Shown piece by piece: positions 55,044 to 61,792 of a stretch of DNA of 61,792 nucleotides. The notes under the pieces are model-generated. The model worked only from the letters and a program-made list of their open reading frames with translations. It ran no database searches and had not been told where the DNA came from. The position numbers and the translations under genes were made by a program. How positions within the stretch are numbered: position 1 is the first letter of the stretch; the number at the start of each line of letters is the position of its first letter. Source of the DNA: Alphaproteobacteria bacterium (lineage in GTDB: Bacteria > Pseudomonadota > Alphaproteobacteria > SMXQ01); contig SMXQ01000037.1 in assembly GCA_004356985.1 (NCBI GenBank), positions 1 through 61,792 of the forward strand. The letters run 5' to 3'.

Positions 55044-55832
55044 ATGGCAGAGATTTCACCGACCCGGCCCAGCCTGGACCTCACCGACCGGGTGATCATC
55101 GTCACCGGCGGCGCCACCGGCATCGGCAAGGTCTACGCCACCCGCTTGGCCGAGGCCGGCGCCAAGGTGGTGCTGGCCGATATCGTCGATGAGGCCAATC
55201 AACAACTGGCCGAAGAGCTGACCGCCGCGGGCCATCGGGTCATCGCCCGGACCACCGATGTCGCCGACCAGGCCAAGACCGAGGCCATGGCCCAGGCGGC
55301 CATGGACCAGTGGGGGCGGATCGACGGCTTGGTCAACAACGCCTCGCTGATGAGTGTCCTCGGCCGCAAGCCCTGGCATGAGATTCCCGCCGACGAATGG
55401 GACCGGGTGATGCAGGTCAACACCAAGGGGGTGTTCCTGTGCTGCCGCGCGGTCTACCCCCATATGAAGGCGCAAGGCGCGGGCAAGATCGTCAACATCG
55501 CCTCCTCGCGCATCTTCAACGGCGGCAAGTGGCGGCTCCATTATTCGGCCTCCAAGGGCGCGGTGTGGGTGTTGACCCGGGCGCTCGCCCGCGAGCTGGG
55601 CGAGGACAACATCTGCGTCAATGCGGTGGCCCCGGGCTTTACCCTGTCGGAGACCCAGATCGCCACCAGTTCCAACGAACACATGGCCGCCCGCCAGCAA
55701 TCCGATAAGTGTTTCCAGCGCGACCAGATCCCCGACGACCTGGTGGGCGCGGTGATGTTCCTGCTGTCGGACGCGTCCAACTTCATCACCGGCCAGACCA
55801 TCAACGTCGACGGCGGCGGTTCCATGCACTGA
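55044..55832 (+). CDS. SDR family oxidoreductase
   Basis: Contains TGGATGIG, NNAS and the YSASK catalytic YxxxK. Confidence 0.85.
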   Translation: MAEISPTRPSLDLTDRVIIVTGGATGIGKVYATRLAEAGAKVVLADIVDEANQQLAEELTAAGHRVIARTTDVADQAKTEAMAQAAMDQWGRIDGLVNNASLMSVLGRKPWHEIPADEWDRVMQVNTKGVFLCCRAVYPHMKAQGAGKIVNIASSRIFNGGKWRLHYSASKGAVWVLTRALARELGEDNICVNAVAPGFTLSETQIATSSNEHMAARQQSDKCFQRDQIPDDLVGAVMFLLSDASNFITGQTINVDGGGSMH

Positions 55833-55970
55833 GGGGCTTATCGCCCCCCCATGGGCGCCGCGCCAGGCCGGCCGCCCGCGAAGCTCCGGATTGACGGCGC
55901 GCGCGGCAAGCGGGTAGACTAACCCTTAGAGTTCTTAGTAAATATTTCACCGTTGGTCACTAGGTGAGCC

Positions 55971-56858
55971 ATGGCCATGCAGGTCGCGAACATTCCTGAA
56001 ATTGCCGCCGATCCGGGGCGCAAGGAAACATACAAGGGTCTCGAGCTCATCCGCCATGCGCCCTGCGGCGCCGAGATCCTCAATGTCGATCTCACCCGGC
56101 CGCTCGGCCAGGACCTGTTCGACGCGGTTCTCGAGGTCTGGCACCAGGCCCGGGTGATCGTCTTCCGGGACCAGAATCTGGGGCCCGACGACCAGCTTCG
56201 CTTCGGCCGGCGGGTGGGCGAGCTCTCGATCATTCACACCGAAAAATTCGCCGGCGAAGACCCGGCCATCATGTATATCTCCAACGTCAAGGAGGACGGC
56301 GAATTCGTCCATGCGCTGCCGGTCGGCGAAATGATGTTCCACATCGACCAGTGCTACACGCCGAACCCGGCCAAGGCGACCATCCTGTACGCCATGGAAC
56401 TGCCCAAGACCGGCGGCAACACGCTGTTCGCGGATCAGGTCGCGGCCTATGACGCGCTCGACACCGAGACCAAGGCGCGGATCGAGGGGCTTCGCGCTCT
56501 CAACGTCTACGACTACGACGCCGGCGCCACCCATACGGCATCGGAGGTCTCGCCCGACGCGCCGCGCCACGCCCACCTCATCGCCCGCACCCATCCGGTG
56601 ACCGGTGAGAAGGCGCTGTTCGTCAATCGCTTGATGACCCGGTCGATCAATGGCCTGGCCGAGGCGGAAAGCCGGCAACTGCTGGAACAATTGTTCGACC
56701 ATCAGGAAAATCCCGCCTTCGTCTACGAACACCGGTGGCGGCTGGGGGATCTCTTGATGTGGGACAACCGCGCCACCCTTCATGCCCGGCGCGATTTCAA
56801 CGCGCAGGAAACGCGGTTGATGCGCCGGCTCACGGTGCTCGGCGAAACCCCGGCCTAA
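55971..56858 (+). CDS. TauD/TfdA family Fe(II)/2-oxoglutarate dioxygenase
   Basis: Contains FHIDQ (the HxD facial triad) and the C-terminal WDNRATLHARRDF. Confidence 0.8.
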   Translation: MAMQVANIPEIAADPGRKETYKGLELIRHAPCGAEILNVDLTRPLGQDLFDAVLEVWHQARVIVFRDQNLGPDDQLRFGRRVGELSIIHTEKFAGEDPAIMYISNVKEDGEFVHALPVGEMMFHIDQCYTPNPAKATILYAMELPKTGGNTLFADQVAAYDALDTETKARIEGLRALNVYDYDAGATHTASEVSPDAPRHAHLIARTHPVTGEKALFVNRLMTRSINGLAEAESRQLLEQLFDHQENPAFVYEHRWRLGDLLMWDNRATLHARRDFNAQETRLMRRLTVLGETPA

Positions 56859-56864
56859 TTCGCC

Positions 56865-57374
56865 TTAATATTCGATGCGCGCGTACTTGCCGCGGAAATA
56901 GCCGAGCGGCGATTCGTCGCCGATGGTGCTCGCCACCGCTTCGCCCACGACGATGACATGGTCGCCGACTTCCAGGGTATCGACCACGCGAAATTCGGCG
57001 CTGGCCAGGGCGCCTTCGATCAAGGGTTGGTCCGCCTTGCCCTTGGCGTGGGCGATCTGGGCGAACTTGTCCGAGTTCTTGGAGGCGAAGGTGTTGGAAA
57101 TCACCTCTTGGCCGCGGGCCAGGATATTGAGAGCGAAGGCGCCCGATGCCAGCAGCGGCGTCAGGGTCGCCGATCCCTTGTCCACGCAGGCCAGGAAAAG
57201 CGGTGGGTCCAGGCTCACGCAAGACACCGCGTTCATGGTCAGGCCGTAAGGGATGCCATCCTTGCCGGTGGTGGTCAGGACCACCACCCCGCTGGCGAAA
57301 TTGCCCGCGAATTTCCGCAACTCATCGACCCCGACCGGCGCCATGGCGGCTGCGTTTCCGTCTCCGTCGCTCAC
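56865..57374 (-). CDS. Flavin reductase family protein (NAD(P)H:flavin oxidoreductase component)
   Basis: 169 aa with FRKFAGNFASGVVVLTT..., an HpaC/NtaB-like pattern. Confidence 0.8.
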   Translation of the reverse strand: MSDGDGNAAAMAPVGVDELRKFAGNFASGVVVLTTTGKDGIPYGLTMNAVSCVSLDPPLFLACVDKGSATLTPLLASGAFALNILARGQEVISNTFASKNSDKFAQIAHAKGKADQPLIEGALASAEFRVVDTLEVGDHVIVVGEAVASTIGDESPLGYFRGKYARIEY

Positions 57375-57383
57375 GTTTCCCCC

Positions 57384-58214
57384 CTAGGTTTCCTTTAGGA
57401 AGCGGATGACCTCCGCGTTGAACTCTTCGGCGCATTCGATATTGCCCATGTGGGCGGCATTTTCAAAGACATAGAGTTCGGCGCCGGGAATTTCCGCGGC
57501 CAGTTCCTGGGCGTACCCCGGCGCCCGGAGCGGGTCCTTGGCGCCGGCCATGACCAGGGTCGGGACCCGGATCGCGCCGTAATCCAGCGCTTGGCGCTCG
57601 GATCGGCCGGGGGGCCCGCGGAACGGCGCCCGGAACCGCGCGGCGGCCGTCGACTCCCAGGCGCCGGGCAGGCGGGCCAGTTCCTGGCGGCGGGCGATAT
57701 AGGCCTCGTCATCGGCCCATTTGGGATCGACGAACATCACCTCGACGATGCGGCGCATGTGTTCGGCTTCGCCGTCATAGGTGTTGAGCACCTTGCGTGC
57801 GTCGTTGTCCGGCGAATGGCCGCCGCCGGAACACGTGACCAGTTTGCGGATCGGCCAGTCGGGCGTCTCCCGGCAGGCCACCGTCAGGCTCAACCCGCCC
57901 GACATGGACGAGCCGATCACGTAGGCGTCGGTCACCTCCATGAGCTCCAGGAAGCGGCGGATATGATCGATGCGCCGGTCGAACTGGCGGCAGAAATCGA
58001 ACAGCTTGTCGCTGCGCCCGAAACCCAGGTGATCGGGCGCGAGCACGTGGAAATGCTCGGCCAGCGGCTCAATGTTGAATTCCCAGCTCAATTCGGCGGC
58101 GCCGCCGAACTCGGCCGAATGAAGTAGCAGCACCGAGGGCGCATGGGTGCGCACCCCGGCTTCCAAGTAGTGGGTCTTGACCCCGTCGACGGTGATGAAT
58201 TTCCCGGCGCTCAT
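57384..58214 (-). CDS. Alpha/beta hydrolase (C-C/ester hydrolase-like)
   Basis: 276 aa. Contains LLLHS, a nucleophile elbow IGSSMSGG, and C-terminal NAAHMGNIE. ATGA overlap with the upstream LLM gene. Confidence 0.75.
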   Translation of the reverse strand: MSAGKFITVDGVKTHYLEAGVRTHAPSVLLLHSAEFGGAAELSWEFNIEPLAEHFHVLAPDHLGFGRSDKLFDFCRQFDRRIDHIRRFLELMEVTDAYVIGSSMSGGLSLTVACRETPDWPIRKLVTCSGGGHSPDNDARKVLNTYDGEAEHMRRIVEVMFVDPKWADDEAYIARRQELARLPGAWESTAAARFRAPFRGPPGRSERQALDYGAIRVPTLVMAGAKDPLRAPGYAQELAAEIPGAELYVFENAAHMGNIECAEEFNAEVIRFLKET

Positions 58215-59395
58215 GGGTGCCCCGAACGTGTGGTTTGCGTCGCCCCCGCCTGGCCCTTCGCGCCGGCCAGGTGGCGGATGCGGGGATAGACCTCACGCGC
58301 GAACAGGGTGATGTTGCGCACCGTCTCCTGGTGGTCCAGGAAGCCCGCCTGCAGCATCGCCAAAAGATGGCCGAAGCCGCCGGTGCGCTCATAGAAGCGT
58401 TCCACCTGGGCCACCACCTGATCCGGCGTGCCGGCCATGATCACGCCCTTGTCGATCAGGTAGTCGGTGGATTCCTGGCGGATGGCCGCGGTGCGGCCCG
58501 CGAATTGACCCTTCAGCGCGCGGATGTTGAGGTCCACGGAAACGTATCCCGGCGGGTTGCGGAACTGGGGCGCCGCCTTGGAGCGGAGGAACCAGCGCAG
58601 CTTTTCGGCGCGCTCGAGGGCCTCGGCCTCGGTTTCGCCGACGGCGACCAGCGGCATGAAGCCAAGCCGCCGGGTCGCCGCCTCGGGGCCGTCCGGGGCG
58701 GCGGCGCGGTATCGGTCGAACAGCACGCGCACGCTTTCATGGGGCTGGAGGAAACTCGCGAAATGGAAGCCCCGCTTGGCCACGCGGTCGATATTGGGGC
58801 CGTTGGTGGAACCGGTTGTCCAGACCGGCGGGTGCGGCTGCTGGTAAGGCCTGGGCCAGATGTTGACGCTGCGCTTGTGCCAATGGGGGCTCTCGTAGTT
58901 GAACGGGCCGTCGCGGGTGGTCCAGGCCTTGAGGATCAACTCGATGCCGTCCCACAGCCTCTCCATGGTCTGGGTCGGATTGGTGTTGGAGGCGAACAGC
59001 TCATAGGGCACGCCGCGCACGAATCCGACATCGAGGCGGCCCCGGGAGATGCAATCCACCATGGCCATCTCTTCGGCGATGCGGATGGGGTCGGCGCGGT
59101 TGGCGACGGGATTGCCCAGCACCAGGATACGGCCCTTAGCCGTTTCCCGCGCTAAGATGGCGGCGGTCAAGGGCACCGCGGGGTCGATGCAGGTGGGCGT
59201 CTGGTGATGCTCGTTGAGCATCAGGTTGAGGCCGAGATCGTCGGCGATGACGTATTCGTCGAGGTAGCGGTTGTACAGATCGGCGCCGATCTCGGGATCG
59301 AAGACGGCGTTGGAAAGGCTGACCCGGTCCGAGGCGTAGCTGTCCTGGGGCGGCAGATGCGGATAGGGCATCTCGGTGAAATACCAGGCGTCCAT
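58211..59395 (-). CDS. LLM-class (luciferase-like) flavin-dependent monooxygenase, paralog 1
   Basis: 394 aa with the pattern LNEHHQT...GRLDVGFVRGVPYE...FGHLL. Confidence 0.8.
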   Translation of the reverse strand: MDAWYFTEMPYPHLPPQDSYASDRVSLSNAVFDPEIGADLYNRYLDEYVIADDLGLNLMLNEHHQTPTCIDPAVPLTAAILARETAKGRILVLGNPVANRADPIRIAEEMAMVDCISRGRLDVGFVRGVPYELFASNTNPTQTMERLWDGIELILKAWTTRDGPFNYESPHWHKRSVNIWPRPYQQPHPPVWTTGSTNGPNIDRVAKRGFHFASFLQPHESVRVLFDRYRAAAPDGPEAATRRLGFMPLVAVGETEAEALERAEKLRWFLRSKAAPQFRNPPGYVSVDLNIRALKGQFAGRTAAIRQESTDYLIDKGVIMAGTPDQVVAQVERFYERTGGFGHLLAMLQAGFLDHQETVRNITLFAREVYPRIRHLAGAKGQAGATQTTRSGHP

Positions 59396-59439
59396 GGCCG
59401 GGATCGCGCCCTTGGCGTCGGTGGTGCCGTGGGGGGCCG

Positions 59440-60612
59440 CTACTGGGCGGCCGCGCCCTTTTTGGCGGGTTTGAAGGCGAATTCCTCGCGGATGCGGGGG
59501 TAGACCTCACGGGCGAACAGGGTCATGGACTTGACCGTCTCCTCATGGCTGAGGTGGCCGGCCTGATCCATCATCAGAAGCTGGCCAAAGCCGCCGACAT
59601 GGTCGTAGAACGCCTTGACCTGTTCGAACACCTGGTCCGGCGTGCCGAACATCATGACGCCCTGTTCCTTGAGGTAATCGATGCCTTTGGAACGCACGGC
59701 GTCGGTGCGCCCCGCATAACCGCCTTTCAGGGCGCTAACGTTGAACGAGACGGGGACGTATCCCGGCGGGTTGCGGAACTGGGGCGCGGTCTTGGCGCCC
59801 AGGTACCAGGCCACCTTCTTGGCGAAGCCCTCGGCTTCTTCCTCGGTATCGCCGGTCGCCACCAGGGGCATGTAGGCGATGTGGCGGCGCACCTCTTCGG
59901 GATCGTCGTAGACCGAGGCTTCGCGATAGGCGTCGAACATTTCCTTCACCTTGACATAGGGCTGAAGGAACATGGCGAAGGTAAAGCCGCGCCGGGCGAC
60001 CTCGCGGATGTTTTCCTTGTCCGACGAGCCGGTGATCCAGACCGGCGGGTGGGGCTGCTGGTAGGGCGTCGGCCAGATGTTGACGCTGCGCTTGTGCCAG
60101 AACTTGCCTTCGAAGTTGAAGCAGCCTTCGCGGTGGGTCCAGGCCTTGAGGCAGAGGTCGATGCCCTCCCACAGGCGTTCCAGGGTCTGGGTTGGGTTGG
60201 TGTTGGCGGCGAAGGTTTCATAGGGCACGCCGCGGACGAACCCGACATCGAGCCGGCCCCGGGAAATGCAGTCGATCATCGCCATTTCCTCGGCGACGCG
60301 GACCGGGTCGGCGCGGTTGGACATGGGATTGCCGAGGATGCAGATGCGCGCCTTGGAGGTCTGGCGGGCGAGAATCGCCGCCGCCAGCGGCGCCGCCACG
60401 TCGAGGCAGGTCGCCGTCTGGTGATGCTCGTTGAGCATGATGTTGAGGCCGAGTTCGTCGGCCAGCATGTGCTCGTCGAGATAGCGGTTATAGAGATCGG
60501 CGCCGATTATGGGATCGAAGTGCTTGTTGGGCAGGGAGACCCGGACCGAAGGGATGGTATCGGGATCGGGATGGTCGGGATAGGGCATTTCGGTGAAGTG
60601 CCAGGCATACAT
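59440..60612 (-). CDS. LLM-class (luciferase-like) flavin-dependent monooxygenase, paralog 2
   Basis: 390 aa. 41 of the first 60 residues are identical to paralog 1 by hand alignment. Confidence 0.8.
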   Translation of the reverse strand: MYAWHFTEMPYPDHPDPDTIPSVRVSLPNKHFDPIIGADLYNRYLDEHMLADELGLNIMLNEHHQTATCLDVAAPLAAAILARQTSKARICILGNPMSNRADPVRVAEEMAMIDCISRGRLDVGFVRGVPYETFAANTNPTQTLERLWEGIDLCLKAWTHREGCFNFEGKFWHKRSVNIWPTPYQQPHPPVWITGSSDKENIREVARRGFTFAMFLQPYVKVKEMFDAYREASVYDDPEEVRRHIAYMPLVATGDTEEEAEGFAKKVAWYLGAKTAPQFRNPPGYVPVSFNVSALKGGYAGRTDAVRSKGIDYLKEQGVMMFGTPDQVFEQVKAFYDHVGGFGQLLMMDQAGHLSHEETVKSMTLFAREVYPRIREEFAFKPAKKGAAAQ

Positions 60613-60642
60613 GTTTCTTCGCTCCCTTCCGGGCCTTGCGGG

Positions 60643-61449
60643 TCAGGCCGCTTTTTGGGCATCGGCGAGGAACCCGCCCAGCACTTCCATGAAGTGCTCG
60701 GGTTGTTCCAGATGCGGGAAATGGCCGCCGTTCTCGATCACCTCGAACCGCGCGCCGGGAATTTCATCGGCATAGGCCTTGCCGTAATCGGTGGTGATGA
60801 CGCCGTCGGCGGCGCCCCAGATCACCAGGGTGGGGACGCTGATCCGGTGGAGCCGGCGCTTGAGCTTTGGGTTGTGCATATAAGGCTGCCAGCAGAAGCG
60901 GGCGAAGGATTCGCGGTTTCGGGCGATGATTTCGAGCTTTTCGTCCGGCATCGCGGGGTAGTCGATGTCGCCGTTCTTGGCATCGGCGTACTTCAGGGCC
61001 TGGACCTCTTCCTTGGTCAGGAACCAGATGTCCTGGATGTCGCGGTCCCAGGGGCCGCCCACCTTGATGCCGTAGGGATCGACCAGGGCGAGCCGGGCGA
61101 TGCGGCTGACGTTCTTGGTGGCTATTTCGGCGGCCAGCCAGCCGCCCAGCGAAAAGCCCACGAGGGTGGCGTCCTCGACCCCCGCCTGATCCAGGAAATC
61201 GAGCATGAGATAGGCGATATCGTCCATGGTTTCGATCCAGTTGGGGCGGCTGGAGCGCCCGAAACCGGGCATCGACGGGATGATGACCTCGAACGATTTG
61301 GCCAATTGGTCGACCACGGGAGATTCCCGGGTCAGGCCTTCTTCGTCGTCGAGCAGAACCAGTGGCGGGCCGGCGCCGCGGCGCTCCACCTCGAGGTCGA
61401 TATCCTGGATTTTCAAAATTTCGACGTTTCCGCTGCTTTTCTCTGCCAT
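60643..61449 (-). CDS. Alpha/beta hydrolase
   Basis: 268 aa with the GFSLGG nucleophile elbow and C-terminal GGHFPHLEQPE. Confidence 0.8.
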   Translation of the reverse strand: MAEKSSGNVEILKIQDIDLEVERRGAGPPLVLLDDEEGLTRESPVVDQLAKSFEVIIPSMPGFGRSSRPNWIETMDDIAYLMLDFLDQAGVEDATLVGFSLGGWLAAEIATKNVSRIARLALVDPYGIKVGGPWDRDIQDIWFLTKEEVQALKYADAKNGDIDYPAMPDEKLEIIARNRESFARFCWQPYMHNPKLKRRLHRISVPTLVIWGAADGVITTDYGKAYADEIPGARFEVIENGGHFPHLEQPEHFMEVLGGFLADAQKAA

Positions 61450-61570
61450 GCAGGTGATTTCCCCAAATCAGAATTTTTTGTCATTCGTACTCTAAGTAAT
61501 TTTACCGTCCGCGCCCGGTGAAGACAAGGCCGCCCGCCGCGCCGGGCCTCAGGCGGTGGCGCCGCCGGGC

Positions 61571-61792
61571 TCAGCGCGGGATGGGATCCTGGCGCACGAG
61601 TTCGAGACCATAGCCGTCGAGACCGACGATGGTGCGTTTTGTATTGGTCAACAAGATCATGGAACGCACGCCCAGTTCCAAGAGAATTTGCGCGCCGATG
61701 CCGTATTGGCGAAGTTCCGAGATCGGCTTGCTCAGGGGTCGGCCTTCACGTTCAGAGACGAATCGCGACAACGCCGTCGGGCTTGTTTCGCA
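61571..61792 (-). CDS. ribA: GTP cyclohydrolase II domain (RibA or bifunctional RibBA), C-terminal fragment running off the window
   Basis: Ends ...[47 protein letters not shown], typical of the RibA C-terminus. Confidence 0.65.
   Translation of the reverse strand, partial: CETSPTALSRFVSEREGRPLSKPISELRQYGIGAQILLELGVRSMILLTNTKRTIVGLDGYGLELVRQDPIPR

Noticed and set aside
1-61792. Search for CRISPR arrays, IS elements, prophage, toxin-antitoxin or known defence-system gene signatures
   Set aside because: No regularly spaced repeats, no transposase/integrase/recombinase-like ORFs, and no nuclease/helicase/ATPase combinations typical of defence islands were seen on either strand.

Overview
High-GC (~65%) chromosomal segment whose gene content and synteny look alphaproteobacterial, probably Rhodospirillales-like: argD-argF-hslO, metZ-apaG-folE, long-form dcd, and a SAM-II-type leader on metZ. 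I support about 62 protein genes, one tRNA-Gly(CCC), one riboswitch-like leader with an attenuator hairpin, one strong bidirectional terminator and a few short repeat families. I found no rRNA, CRISPR, IS element, transposase, integrase or recognisable defence system. Many long ORFs in the six-frame track are antisense shadow frames typical of high-GC DNA. Layout: (i) 0-11 kb holds an accessory redox/hydrolase block with three AhpD/CMD-fold paralogs, a dienelactone-hydrolase/NTF2 fusion, GloB-like, PNPOx, M20 peptidase, amidohydrolase, cupin and PqqC/TenA-like genes. (ii) 11.3-12.6 kb is an orphan two-gene operon of unknown function. (iii) 12.8-36.9 kb is mostly housekeeping. (iv) 37-47 kb is an envelope glycolipid/lipid-A remodelling module with two ArnT-like GTs, a tandem PAP2 phosphatase, a polyprenyl-P GT2 and a TVP38/DedA protein. 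(v) 47.2-53.4 kb carries the full queuosine gene set queC-E-D, queF, tgt, queA, queG. (vi) 53.6-61.5 kb is a MarR-associated catabolic cluster with two tandem luciferase-like monooxygenases, a flavin reductase and two alpha/beta hydrolases. The least explained items are listed here. First, an orphan 294-aa Flp-prepilin chimera behind an ~18% GC island. Second, two small ORFs whose coding signal continues through an in-frame TGA, one giving a U-x-x-C motif divergent from a disulfide reductase. Third, a conserved ~44-nt stem-loop intergenic repeat in several copies. All functional calls come from motif and family recognition by eye, with no database search.
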